Below, piece after piece: positions 18,244-27,984 of a stretch of DNA of 64,000 bases (position 1 is the first letter of the stretch; the number at the start of each line of letters is the position of its first letter). The notes beneath the pieces were generated by a model. The model was not told the DNA's origin, did not search any database, and was given only the letters and a program-made list of their open reading frames with translations. This stretch comes from a virus. The stretch covers positions 1 through 64,000 of the IMG/VR virus record IMGVR_UViG_3300034175_000060. One strand, given 5' to 3'. The position numbers and the translations under genes were made by a program.

Positions 18244-21200
18244 TTACACTGATGTTGTCTGCACTGCCGTTCCTTCTGGAGTTACATCAACAAATCGTTT
18301 GTACAGCTTACGAATATCATCCTGCATCTCTGATATAACTTGCATATTCAACTCACTGGATTTCTCAATAGCTTCAACTACCGTCGCAGAATCCCCACCA
18401 TTGCGTGATGCTTCTGCTTGCTGTGCAGTCAGGACTTTTTCACCCTTGTGCAAGCGAGCAATATAATTATCACGCGGTACTTTTTCTAAACCGCCCGCAT
18501 GAGAGCCGTCAGGATGTTTAGCCAAATACTCTGGTGATTTCATAAAGTCGGCAGCGATTTGTGATGTAGAAGTTCTCTGACTGGACCAGAAAGCCAACCC
18601 TGCCGAATCTGCTTTTCTACCTAAGATACTTTCATAAAGAGCCGCAATTTCAGCGTCAGAGGCAATCCCAGAACCAATAGGCTTACCATTACTCCCAACA
18701 ACACCTGCCTGCTGCTGAGCACCAATGGCCCCACCCACAGCACTGTTGAAAGATATCAAAGCTGTCTTCAAATCCATAATAGCGACAGTCGTACCATTCA
18801 TAGCATCCAGTTGCATTTGTGCTGCATTGAGGATAGAATCAAACTTAGCGTTTTGCATATCCAAAGTTTCTTTAGCAAGAACCAATTGACTTTTAGCTAC
18901 GTCCAATTGCCTATCAACAGCACTACCTTGTTCCTTGGTGATATCATTAAGATTGGAAAGTTTGCCTGCTGTTATTCCAATATCTTTGATATAGTCTGAA
19001 TACGAGCTAAATGAATCCGCTGGGTCTTTACTCAAAGATGCTAATGTATCTTTCATTTCATCTGCTGAAGGCAACTTACCCGTTTTTCTTGCAGTAGATA
19101 GCGCAGCATCAAGATTTGTTTGAGCTTGTTTGCGAGACATTGCAAACGTGCTTTCTGCAAATCCAGTGACAGTTTTGAAAGCACTATCCAACGAGCTTGA
19201 GAGTTCGGTAATAGCTTTTCTTGATTCTGTCAGCGATGTTACTTGAGCATTTAAAATGGCTGCTTGTGCATCGTAAGCTTTTTGTGCTTTATCTTTAGCC
19301 TTATCAACAGCTAAGCTGAGTGAATCAAAAGCGTTGTTAGCTGAATTCTTAGAAGACTCTATAAGATCATCCGACGCATTTTTAGCAGCTTCTGATACTG
19401 CAATAAATGCTGGAGCGACATTCATCAAAGCAGCATACATCTCTTGACCAGATTTAGTATTCAAGTCCTGTGCAAGCACAAGATTCTTAAATTTCTCCAT
19501 CGTGTCAGTTGATGCTAGCCCTAAACGATTCATCTCTTTAGTCAGGGACTCTTGAATAGGCTTCAACTTGTCAGCATCAGAAAGGAAATTATCAACAAAG
19601 TAGGAAGTGCTCTCTGTCAGCTTGTCAATACTTCCAAACAAAGCTATAAAGTTCTGTGAAGACTCAACTGCTGCAATACCTGTGGAAGTCATAGAGATGC
19701 CAAGCACAGCAAATACATCTTGCACTTGAACAAGCTGGTTAGCCACACGTGCCAGAGTTTCCAAGTATCCTTCGCCAACTTTCTGGAAATCCGCCAATCC
19801 TGCTACACCAAACTGTGCCATATCATCACCAAGTTTTGCAAAGGCTGACTCAAGTGCTGCTGAGATTTCTTCACCAGTCATATCTTTGGTGGAGATTTCC
19901 GCGATATTGATTGCAAATGTTTTCAACTTGTCTTCAAAAGCTTTTCCACCAATGCCCAATGTGTTTGCAGCACCGGTTACAGTATCTGACAAACCTTTGA
20001 TAATCATAGTGAATTGGCTATTGATTTCGTCACCAAGCCCTTTTGTCTCTGTCGAATACTTATCGCTTGAGAATAAGCCACCTTTTTTCTTGATATCAGT
20101 GTATTGGGAAGCTGTAACACCTTTAAGAAGTTCTGCGAGAGAACCTTTATCGATCTTGATACCAACATCTTCTACAGATTTTTTACCGCCGAAGATGGAG
20201 CCAATAACTTTGCCCATCAAGCCGCCAGTGAGCTTCTCGCCTATTGAAGCTCCACCAATCGAATTAGCAAACTTTTGTGCCGATCCCATCTGATCTGCTG
20301 CAACTGGACCAGAAAGATTAGTTCCACGCACTAATAAGCTAGAAACGCCGCTGATTCCTTCTACAACCTGACGTAAAGACTTGTCCATTGAGTTGAAGTG
20401 GACTAAGCCTAATCCTGAGTCTTTAGCAATCTCATCCAAAGCGCGTTGAATAGAATCGCTCTTAGCGCTGGAATCTCCGAGAACAGAGCCTGTACCATTA
20501 GATTTCTGCCGGAACTCGGAAGTTTGTGGTGCAGAAGAACTACCTCCACCAGAGAATCCCAATCCTGCCATGAGTGCCAAGAAAGCAGCAGCACCAGCAA
20601 AACCAGCCCAACCACCTTGTGCAAACAGTGAAGCCACACCAGAGGCAACTTTAGGTGCGATAGTGGCGATTGACGAAGCTATCTCAATTGCCGATGCCGC
20701 TTGGCTGGCTACACCCATCAACTTGTAACCTTTTGATCCTTCTGTGAAGAACCCTTGTGCCGAATTAGCTAAATCACCATACAATTTAGTTTTAGCACCA
20801 AGCGATTTGTTGTCAGTGTTATGGTATTTCGTAATTGCTTCAACCATTCCGCCAGCAGCTTTACCACTCTTGCCAAAAGCATCTGACAGGGAATTAGAGA
20901 TGGATTTACCAACTCCTGTCCACATTGTCTTATACTTTTCGGCCAATGATTTCTGCTGATTGAGTGCTTCTCCGTAAGCTTTCTTGTCACCTGTGGAAGC
21001 ATCTGGTGCATCTGCGAAACGCTTAAGTTTTTCAAGTTGTGCTTGCAAATCTGGCAAAGAGGCTTTATACTTGTCTGTGGCGTCTTGTGCAGCATTCCAC
21101 ATTGCAGCCAAACCTTGATCTTCCGAGGCTGTTTGAACTCCTTTGAGGGTGTTACCAATTTCCAATGCAAGAACGTTATATTCTTTCGAAAGTTCCTTGA

Positions 21201-23937
21201 CACGAGCACTGTCCATTGCGGAAGCTTGTAATTCTTCAAGCTGCCTCAGACGTTCACCAATCTCAGGGATTGTGTCACCGTACTTCTCGAAATCTTTCTG
21301 CACAGCTTTAACGGCTGGAGCGTATTCTGTACTCCAACGAAGTGCTGCGGCAGCTACAAAATTACCCTCTTCTTCAAACTGCTTAACTTGTTCTTTGGCA
21401 GCATCTTGACGAAGGCCAGAAATGTACACATCAGTTTCTTGTGCAGCTTTGCGTTTAGCTTGCTCGATGGCCTCTGTGTTAGCTTCTTGCAAACCTGAGA
21501 AACGCTCTACGTCAGCCTGCTTGTTCTTACCTTTTGAAGCTATAGTAATTTGTTTCTTAAGGGCATCGTCAATCTTTGCGTATTCTTCAAGCTGGTTTTT
21601 AGTGCTGTCGCGGATAACTTGCAGCTTGCCCATTTCACCAGCTTTGAATCTGCTGTTGAGCATATCATCAAAGTTTTGAATGTCCTTCTTGGCCGCTTTT
21701 ACTTGAGCGTTAAGTTTAGCAATTGAGGCTGCATACTGGTCATTCATCGCTGCACCATCAACCTTGCCGGACAACTTATTGGTAGGTTCATCTTGCTCAA
21801 CTTTGCGATTTTCTTTTGCAATAGCTTCAGTCAGTTCTTTGTTCTTCTTAGCTTGATTGAAAAGAGCTTCTTCCGCAGCAGAGACAAGTTTAAGATTGTT
21901 TGCAGCTTTAGTACGAGCACGATCTAATTCGTTTGTTGCTTTGAGCGCAGCAGAGACATCAAAGTTACCTTTTGTTTTTGCCAGATTTGCTTCAGCTTCT
22001 TTGATTGCGAGTTGATCCAACTGAATCATACGTTTACGAGATTCATCTTTCTCAATCTCAGCATTGATTTCTGACAGTGATTTACGATCCTTCATCTTGG
22101 AGTTCACTTTCTCCAGATGCTCTGCTTCTTTAATCAAACCTTCCAGATAGCCATTGCTGTAAGCTTCAGCATTCTTTGCAGAACGGTCCGCTTCCCCACC
22201 ACCCTTCAACAAGTTGTAAGCTGTAAGGGCAACAATCGCTGCACCAACTACAGCTAACAAAGGAGGGAAAAGGGTAGTCAGGGTTACTGTCCCCGCTGCA
22301 AGACCCGCAACCGCAGTAGTGATAGAGGCAAAGATTCCCGGCAACATCTGGAGTAATGGGACAATTCCCAGCGCAACTTTAATTGCCACAAAAGTTGCTG
22401 CCAATTTAGCCAACAAAGGTAAATTTTCTGCAACCGAAATTGCCAAAGAGGCAAAACTTTCTGCCAATCCAATAATACCATCTTTAAATTCTTTTGAGTT
22501 AAAGATACCTTTCATTCGAGCCGTAAAGGCAATCAACTCTGGCTCAATGCTTGTGAAAGTATCTGCAAAGCTTGATTTCAATGTGTTGAACATAGAATCA
22601 ATTTGGCTCTTGGCTGTCAAAGCCATCTGTGCAGCACCTTTAGCCGCAAAGCCGTAACTGTTATCTACATTCTTGCGGAATCGCTCAAGAGCATTCTCGC
22701 CATTACCAAGCTCTGTGTTGTACTCACCAAGCAACTGTGTAAGCAAGCGTTGACCACGTTCATTACTAATACGGCCTTGCGCCAACTTAGATTCGCTAGC
22801 ACTGAGAGATTTAAGCGCACCATCAACTAATTCAACAACTTCTAACAAAGGTTTAAAATTGCCCTCTGTGTCTTTCAACATGGCTTGTGTAATTCCCATG
22901 TCTCGGAATGTGCCACCAACTTTATCAGACTCTGCTGCCAATTCTTTATAGAAGTTCTTCAGCGCCGTACCTGCTGCTGTGCCTTTAATGCCCAGATTAG
23001 ACAACACACCCAAGCTTGTACCGATATCTTCCAGTGAAACACCATACAGACGATTTACTGACGATGCAGACTTAAATGCTTCTGACAAACTCTCAACTGA
23101 AGACATGGACAATGCTGCTGTTTTAGCAATCACATCCCCTACGCGTCCAAAACCTTCTGCCACATAACCTACAGCCGTACCAACGGATACCAGAGTGGTT
23201 GCAGCTTTCTCAATACTAACTCCACCAACTGTTGCAAGATTTAAAGCTGCACCAATTGATGAAGCAGCCTGACTTGCATTCAAACCCGCCAGAACCAGAG
23301 TTTCAAGTGCTTTGGCAACTTCTTGTGGTCCGTACACACCTTTACCCAAGTCTTGCACAACTTCACGAAGATTTTTAATAGACTCTACAGTTTCATTACC
23401 GCGAACACGGATACCTTCAAGAGTGTGCTCAACATCCACACCAACAGTCACAATACCCTTCAGGGAAGCTCCAATTGCCAAGCCTACAGCCATGCCAGCA
23501 AAGTTACCATACGTCAGCCACAGAGCGCCTAGCGAGCCTGACAAGCCTCGTGCGAGTGCATGAGCTTCACGCATCTCATTATTGTGGCGGCGCTGGACAA
23601 CTTCTGCACGTTGCAAGTTTTGATTCATTAAGTTGAGTGACGTGGAGAGCAAAGTCATAGCTGCTGCTAAGTCTGCTGTACCTCTTGCTGCTACACGTGA
23701 ATTTGCAGCCATGTTACCGAGTAATGCATCTTGCTCGCGCAGACGTGTTACAATGCTTTGAGTTGATTTAGCAGCCAACTCATTAGCCACGTTCATCTTC
23801 TTTGTAGCTTCGATAAGGGAGTTGATGCGACGTTCTGCGTTAGCTGCGGACGTGCCAAGGCCAGAAAGCGCCGTAGACGCCTCCTTAATTCCTACTGATT
23901 TTACTTCTACAATTAACGATGTGATGTCTGCTGCCAT
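18244..23937 (-). CDS. tape measure protein (TP901-like core) with C-terminal DUF4214-like domain
   Basis: 1897 aa, Ala-rich helical; GIKGTAAGTALKN motif; HAGG..VP.D.YIARLHKGEKVLT terminus. Confidence 0.92.
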   Translation of the reverse strand: MAADITSLIVEVKSVGIKEASTALSGLGTSAANAERRINSLIEATKKMNVANELAAKSTQSIVTRLREQDALLGNMAANSRVAARGTADLAAAMTLLSTSLNLMNQNLQRAEVVQRRHNNEMREAHALARGLSGSLGALWLTYGNFAGMAVGLAIGASLKGIVTVGVDVEHTLEGIRVRGNETVESIKNLREVVQDLGKGVYGPQEVAKALETLVLAGLNASQAASSIGAALNLATVGGVSIEKAATTLVSVGTAVGYVAEGFGRVGDVIAKTAALSMSSVESLSEAFKSASSVNRLYGVSLEDIGTSLGVLSNLGIKGTAAGTALKNFYKELAAESDKVGGTFRDMGITQAMLKDTEGNFKPLLEVVELVDGALKSLSASESKLAQGRISNERGQRLLTQLLGEYNTELGNGENALERFRKNVDNSYGFAAKGAAQMALTAKSQIDSMFNTLKSSFADTFTSIEPELIAFTARMKGIFNSKEFKDGIIGLAESFASLAISVAENLPLLAKLAATFVAIKVALGIVPLLQMLPGIFASITTAVAGLAAGTVTLTTLFPPLLAVVGAAIVALTAYNLLKGGGEADRSAKNAEAYSNGYLEGLIKEAEHLEKVNSKMKDRKSLSEINAEIEKDESRKRMIQLDQLAIKEAEANLAKTKGNFDVSAALKATNELDRARTKAANNLKLVSAAEEALFNQAKKNKELTEAIAKENRKVEQDEPTNKLSGKVDGAAMNDQYAASIAKLNAQVKAAKKDIQNFDDMLNSRFKAGEMGKLQVIRDSTKNQLEEYAKIDDALKKQITIASKGKNKQADVERFSGLQEANTEAIEQAKRKAAQETDVYISGLRQDAAKEQVKQFEEEGNFVAAAALRWSTEYAPAVKAVQKDFEKYGDTIPEIGERLRQLEELQASAMDSARVKELSKEYNVLALEIGNTLKGVQTASEDQGLAAMWNAAQDATDKYKASLPDLQAQLEKLKRFADAPDASTGDKKAYGEALNQQKSLAEKYKTMWTGVGKSISNSLSDAFGKSGKAAGGMVEAITKYHNTDNKSLGAKTKLYGDLANSAQGFFTEGSKGYKLMGVASQAASAIEIASSIATIAPKVASGVASLFAQGGWAGFAGAAAFLALMAGLGFSGGGSSSAPQTSEFRQKSNGTGSVLGDSSAKSDSIQRALDEIAKDSGLGLVHFNSMDKSLRQVVEGISGVSSLLVRGTNLSGPVAADQMGSAQKFANSIGGASIGEKLTGGLMGKVIGSIFGGKKSVEDVGIKIDKGSLAELLKGVTASQYTDIKKKGGLFSSDKYSTETKGLGDEINSQFTMIIKGLSDTVTGAANTLGIGGKAFEDKLKTFAINIAEISTKDMTGEEISAALESAFAKLGDDMAQFGVAGLADFQKVGEGYLETLARVANQLVQVQDVFAVLGISMTSTGIAAVESSQNFIALFGSIDKLTESTSYFVDNFLSDADKLKPIQESLTKEMNRLGLASTDTMEKFKNLVLAQDLNTKSGQEMYAALMNVAPAFIAVSEAAKNASDDLIESSKNSANNAFDSLSLAVDKAKDKAQKAYDAQAAILNAQVTSLTESRKAITELSSSLDSAFKTVTGFAESTFAMSRKQAQTNLDAALSTARKTGKLPSADEMKDTLASLSKDPADSFSSYSDYIKDIGITAGKLSNLNDITKEQGSAVDRQLDVAKSQLVLAKETLDMQNAKFDSILNAAQMQLDAMNGTTVAIMDLKTALISFNSAVGGAIGAQQQAGVVGSNGKPIGSGIASDAEIAALYESILGRKADSAGLAFWSSQRTSTSQIAADFMKSPEYLAKHPDGSHAGGLEKVPRDNYIARLHKGEKVLTAQQAEASRNGGDSATVVEAIEKSSELNMQVISEMQDDIRKLYKRFVDVTPEGTAVQTTSV

Positions 23938-23946
23938 GTTATTCCT

Positions 23947-24513
23947 TTATGATTCTAGGTGGAAACCCATGGCTTTCATTCTCGTAAGAATGTCATCTGC
24001 CATTGCTTCTTCTTCATCCTCAGTGAGTTCTACTTCAGCTAAATCTTCTATATCCAAAGGACACATACAACGAGGGTCTGTAGCTTCTTGCGCCATCCAA
24101 CAATACTCTTGACTCATCTGACGAATCATTTGTAAATCAATGTCAGGGAGTGTGCAATATTTAATAACTATTGGAACAGGCTTGTGACGTTTATTCTCAG
24201 GGTTCTTTACCCATTCAATTACTGTTTCAGAGTAGAAGCGCTCAGACCAAGCAATGAGAACATCCCAATCGAGAGCGTCTATTCCCATGCCTTTTTGTGA
24301 CACTGTTCCAGCTTCTCTCCACAAACCTACAAGATACTCTTCGTAGCTTGACAGTTGTGGGGGTTCTAGGATAGGATCATTAGCGGCACGTTGCTCTCTT
24401 CGGGATTTAGGCTCTCCCGGCTGACCGTCTGGAGTGGCATTAAGCCAAGCACTGTGACGAACATACCGGGAGAGGTTTTCTTTTACTTCTGCATAAAAGA
24501 TTCCGTATTTCCC
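23947..24513 (-). CDS. tail assembly chaperone, frameshifted extension (gpGT-like)
   Basis: The -1 frame is open from slippery GGGAAAT (24513-24507) through YVRHSAWLNATP into the 23947-24324 ORF. Confidence 0.8.
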   Translation of the reverse strand, partial: GKYGIFYAEVKENLSRYVRHSAWLNATPDGQPGEPKSRREQRAANDPILEPPQLSSYEEYLVGLWREAGTVSQKGMGIDALDWDVLIAWSERFYSETVIEWVKNPENKRHKPVPIVIKYCTLPDIDLQMIRQMSQEYCWMAQEATDPRCMCPLDIEDLAEVELTEDEEEAMADDILTRMKAMGFHLES

Positions 24514-24884
24514 AGATTTTCACTAAGAATGTCGGTGATCCAGTACAGTGCAGGGTTCATGTACAGTTCTTTGAAGTGTGCCTGAGTGGTCAGCGGGCCG
24601 TTACCCAAATCGAAATTACGAATAGATTTAGTAATTGCAGCGAAGAATTCTGCATTGTCTTCTTGGGACTCTTCGGGGGTAGCAACCCGCTTGCCCCGCT
24701 TAGCTTTTTTCTTCTCCGCACCGATCAGGTAGTTACGCATCTGCTTGGACGAGCGGCCGTACACTTCAATTTCCAGTGGCTCTTTCTCAGCTTCATCAGC
24801 ATAGAGGTAAGTGCCATCTGGACCTTGCAGGTGCAGTACAGTTGTATCTTGCAGCGCGAGTGCGTTAATGTTAAAATTTGCCAT
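24483..24884 (-). CDS. tail assembly chaperone (gpG-like)
   Basis: 133 aa between tail tube and tape measure; slippery site near its 3' end. Confidence 0.8.
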   Translation of the reverse strand: MANFNINALALQDTTVLHLQGPDGTYLYADEAEKEPLEIEVYGRSSKQMRNYLIGAEKKKAKRGKRVATPEESQEDNAEFFAAITKSIRNFDLGNGPLTTQAHFKELYMNPALYWITDILSENLGNTESFMQK

Positions 24885-24924
24885 GATTATATTTCCTTTG
24901 GTAGATTATGCGGAATTCCGCGAT

Positions 24925-25857
24925 TTAAGCTCTGTATTCAGAGTCTAGTTTTGAAATTAGTTTAATAAAGTCTTCTTGTGTTACATCCACGAAGCATTCT
25001 GTATATCCGTCGAATTTGTAGTCAGGTGATTTAAAATTCATCCTTAAATTCGATAATTGTTTCTGTTCTATATCTCTTGCGCGATTACCGTCGTCAAACT
25101 CATAAATAGCAACTTTTTCGAAAGGTATTCCTGATGACATTCTTATTTCTCGCAGGCGGCTTTCAGGGCGTTTATTAGTGATCCCTATCTTGATAGTTTC
25201 ATTAGATTTCAACACATAGAGAGATGCAGGCTTACCTTGACTAAACCCAGATTTGTTACATCTGGTGCAACCACAACCTCGTAAATGTGTACAAGGAGTC
25301 TGACTGAAGGTATAATCACAACGATTACATTTTATCTTTCCAGCGTCTTTAGCAGAGATATACTCAAATTCTGAATAATCATAAGTACCAATACCGTGTT
25401 CTTCCTCAGCCTCTTCTACAAATTTTTCTTTAGTTTTTGCTTGAGTAGGGCCAATGCGCTCCAAACCACACTTAGGACAACCATTACCTTCACAGAGATT
25501 CTGTGCTGTCGTTTCCACAATACCGTGTTTTAAGCAAACGAAACTGATCTTATTCTTACCTTTGGTGTAAATTGAATTAGAGAAATCATACAAATCTGAG
25601 TAATGGTTTATCATCTCAACCAAGAACTGTTCTTGTGTTTTGGTCTGAGATTTGCCACACTGAATGTCTCCACAGACAGGGCAACCATAACCTTGTTGCA
25701 GACTGTTAGGCCGGGTTTCAAAATCACCGTGCTCATAACAACCCACTGTAACTTTTATGTGAGCATATTCATAAACTACTCTGGAGAGGTCATACCTGTC
25801 TCCATGAATCTTTATAATATTCTCTTTAAACTTTTCTGTTGTAAGTCTAGGTGGCAT
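24925..25857 (-). CDS. putative homing endonuclease (Zn-ribbon repeats plus GIY-YIG/T5orf172-like domain)
   Basis: Three CxxHG...GCPxC-type repeats; LYVL...KIGITN...R; FDGYTECF. Confidence 0.75.
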   Translation of the reverse strand: MPPRLTTEKFKENIIKIHGDRYDLSRVVYEYAHIKVTVGCYEHGDFETRPNSLQQGYGCPVCGDIQCGKSQTKTQEQFLVEMINHYSDLYDFSNSIYTKGKNKISFVCLKHGIVETTAQNLCEGNGCPKCGLERIGPTQAKTKEKFVEEAEEEHGIGTYDYSEFEYISAKDAGKIKCNRCDYTFSQTPCTHLRGCGCTRCNKSGFSQGKPASLYVLKSNETIKIGITNKRPESRLREIRMSSGIPFEKVAIYEFDDGNRARDIEQKQLSNLRMNFKSPDYKFDGYTECFVDVTQEDFIKLISKLDSEYRA

Positions 25858-25964
25858 GTGTATCCTTCATAAGATACACTAGATGGGAAGCGGATAAATG
25901 TCCGCAATTCCCGTAGTGTTGAAAATTAAAGCCACCAAGTATTTCTACTAAGTGGCTAATTTGT

Positions 25965-26435
25965 TTACGCTGCTTGGTAGAAGTTACCGCTAATTTCCAC
26001 GTTCGTATCGAACGAAGTAATCTGGTTGACCGAGCCAACGTTAATTGGAGCAGACATAACTTGACCTTGGAAATACAGAGTAGCTTGTGGCAGACCTGTA
26101 GCACCACCACCAATTGTCAGCTTAAACGAGTAAGCCAGTGGATCATCAAGAGCGATCAGAAGCTTAGCTTGACCCGGATCACTAGGAGCATAAGCACCTT
26201 GCAGAGCCAGTTGACCTGAGTTCGACGTACCCTTAAATTTATATGTTGTCGGATCGGCAACAGGTTCGTGTGTAATCAGCGAGAACACTTTACCGATAAC
26301 ACCAATGTTGGTCAGTTCTTTGACTTGAACGTAAGTTTGGGCAGCAAAGCCCGCAGCGTCAAAGGTTGCTGGAACAGCGTTGGAAGTGCAGATGTACAGT
26401 TTTGAACCTGCACTGGGGAAGGCTAGAGTAGCAAT
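25965..26435 (-). CDS. major tail tube protein (apparent AUU start)
   Basis: The frame extends upstream of the track ORF: ATLAFPSAGSKLYIC...PATFDAAGFAA..Y..V.EL..IG; YKFKGTSNSG, DPGQ motifs; GAGG RBS before ATT. Confidence 0.85.
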   Translation of the reverse strand: MATLAFPSAGSKLYICTSNAVPATFDAAGFAAQTYVQVKELTNIGVIGKVFSLITHEPVADPTTYKFKGTSNSGQLALQGAYAPSDPGQAKLLIALDDPLAYSFKLTIGGGATGLPQATLYFQGQVMSAPINVGSVNQITSFDTNVEISGNFYQAA

Positions 26436-26454
26436 TTTGGGTACCTCTTTATAG

Positions 26455-27177
26455 TTAAGTTTTATTTGCGGAGATTATCTCTCCAAATGTCTCTGTAATT
26501 TTTAGGTACAGATCGGAGCGGTCAACATCCACAAATGTTTCTGTGTAACCGTCAAAAGTTTTATTGATATTCTTATAGGTTTTCCTGAGATAACGCAGAA
26601 CTATTGTCTCTATATCTAAGGCCGTTTTGCCTTCAAAGAACTTAAGCTCTAATAGAACATCAAAATTTAGTCCGGAGTCTCTTGAGACTAGACCACACCT
26701 TTTCTTAACAGTGCGGTTAGTTATTCCGAGTTTGGTGTAATCATCACCGCAACCAAGTACATACAACGATCCGGGCCGCCCACTTTTGAAACCTGATTTA
26801 GCGCAATCAGGACAATTCTGCCCTTGTCGATGGTTGTCAGGTGTCTGATGGAAAATGCCGTGTAATGGGCAAATGATCTTGATTTTCGTAATCTTGTCTA
26901 AGTAGTCAACCAAAGAATAGTCATAAAAGTCTCCCCGAATCTCTCGGGTTTTCTCAACCCATTCCTCTGTAGTTGGACTGTAAGTAGGACTACATTTATC
27001 ACAACCTCTCCCCATCATATGAGAATCAGCATTTTGTTCAAAGTCACCATGCACAGGACAAGTAATAGTAACCAAGCTCCTACGGTTCTTATAAACTGTC
27101 CTATCATATGAAAACTTAGCACCATTTATTACTTTACTTCTTCGAATAAATTCCTCTGTGGTAAGCTTTCGACCCAT
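26455..27177 (-). CDS. putative homing endonuclease, paralog of 24925-25857
   Basis: Two CPxHG...CxxC repeats; SGFKSGRPGSLYVL..KLGITN; FDGYTETFVDV. Confidence 0.75.
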   Translation of the reverse strand: MGRKLTTEEFIRRSKVINGAKFSYDRTVYKNRRSLVTITCPVHGDFEQNADSHMMGRGCDKCSPTYSPTTEEWVEKTREIRGDFYDYSLVDYLDKITKIKIICPLHGIFHQTPDNHRQGQNCPDCAKSGFKSGRPGSLYVLGCGDDYTKLGITNRTVKKRCGLVSRDSGLNFDVLLELKFFEGKTALDIETIVLRYLRKTYKNINKTFDGYTETFVDVDRSDLYLKITETFGEIISANKT

Positions 27178-27186
27178 TTGCAACCT

Positions 27187-27543
27187 TTATTGAATGATGG
27201 CAGCTTTGACCACTGCACCTGTTGCTGCTGAAATTGCCACAACACCTTGCAAGAAGCTGCTAATGGAATCCAACTGAACGACTGACATACCACTTGCAGG
27301 AACCGTGACGGCATAACCAGAAGCGACTGAGAAGACTGCACCACCTGTGCCGGGAACAGCAATTGTCGTACCGCCTGCCCCATCAATTGTGACCACAACA
27401 GCACTAACGCTCGTATTCGTCAGAATAAGTTCTTGACTTGCATTAGCTACATATGACAGAGTGTCGCCAGAAGTGCCAAGAGTGACTTGGGCAGGATTGA
27501 TTGCGCCGGGGACGCCTTTTTGAGTATTTTGAATAGCAGCCAT
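27187..27543 (-). CDS. small beta-rich virion structural protein
   Basis: Ala/Gly/Thr/Val-rich 118 aa in the tail operon; AAGGA RBS. Confidence 0.65.
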   Translation of the reverse strand: MAAIQNTQKGVPGAINPAQVTLGTSGDTLSYVANASQELILTNTSVSAVVVTIDGAGGTTIAVPGTGGAVFSVASGYAVTVPASGMSVVQLDSISSFLQGVVAISAATGAVVKAAIIQ

Positions 27544-27570
27544 TTGATTTCCTTAAATGTGTGACCACCG

Positions 27571-27984
27571 TCAGGTGGGAACAACTTCGCCTTCTTGGCG
27601 ATAATTAATTGTGACAGGAACAATTCTCCAGCCACTCTCATCCTTGATTGCCCTTGACTTGAACGGAGTTTGTGTTATACTCACTGTTCCAGAAATAGGG
27701 ACAACAGGGAAGTGGGCGATAACTTTGTTTGCTAGTGCTTCACCCTTGCCAGCACCTTGCCCGGAGGGATACCAAACATTCACTTGCATAACTCCAAGTT
27801 CTCTGATACGATTACCGTCAACAGTAACATTGACAGTGATAGCAGGAACAATTACACATTCAAGGAATGGGGAGTTTGTAGGCTTAGTGAAGGGGGAGTC
27901 CTCAAAAGCAATCGGTAGAATCGGAACTTGTGCATCAGCAAAAGCTTTAAGTTTTGTTTCTAATTCTGCGCGAACCGTAATCAT
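27571..27984 (-). CDS. tail terminator-like protein
   Basis: PIAFE..F.KP...G..QVNV.YP.GQG...WRIVPVTINYR; gene position. Confidence 0.75.
   Translation of the reverse strand: MITVRAELETKLKAFADAQVPILPIAFEDSPFTKPTNSPFLECVIVPAITVNVTVDGNRIRELGVMQVNVWYPSGQGAGKGEALANKVIAHFPVVPISGTVSITQTPFKSRAIKDESGWRIVPVTINYRQEGEVVPT

Noticed and set aside
26436-27186. Group I intron joining the 27187-27543 gene to the tail tube gene, explaining the missing ATG
   Set aside because: The endonuclease ORF fills almost the whole interval, leaving no room for an intron core, and the tail gene has its own SD.
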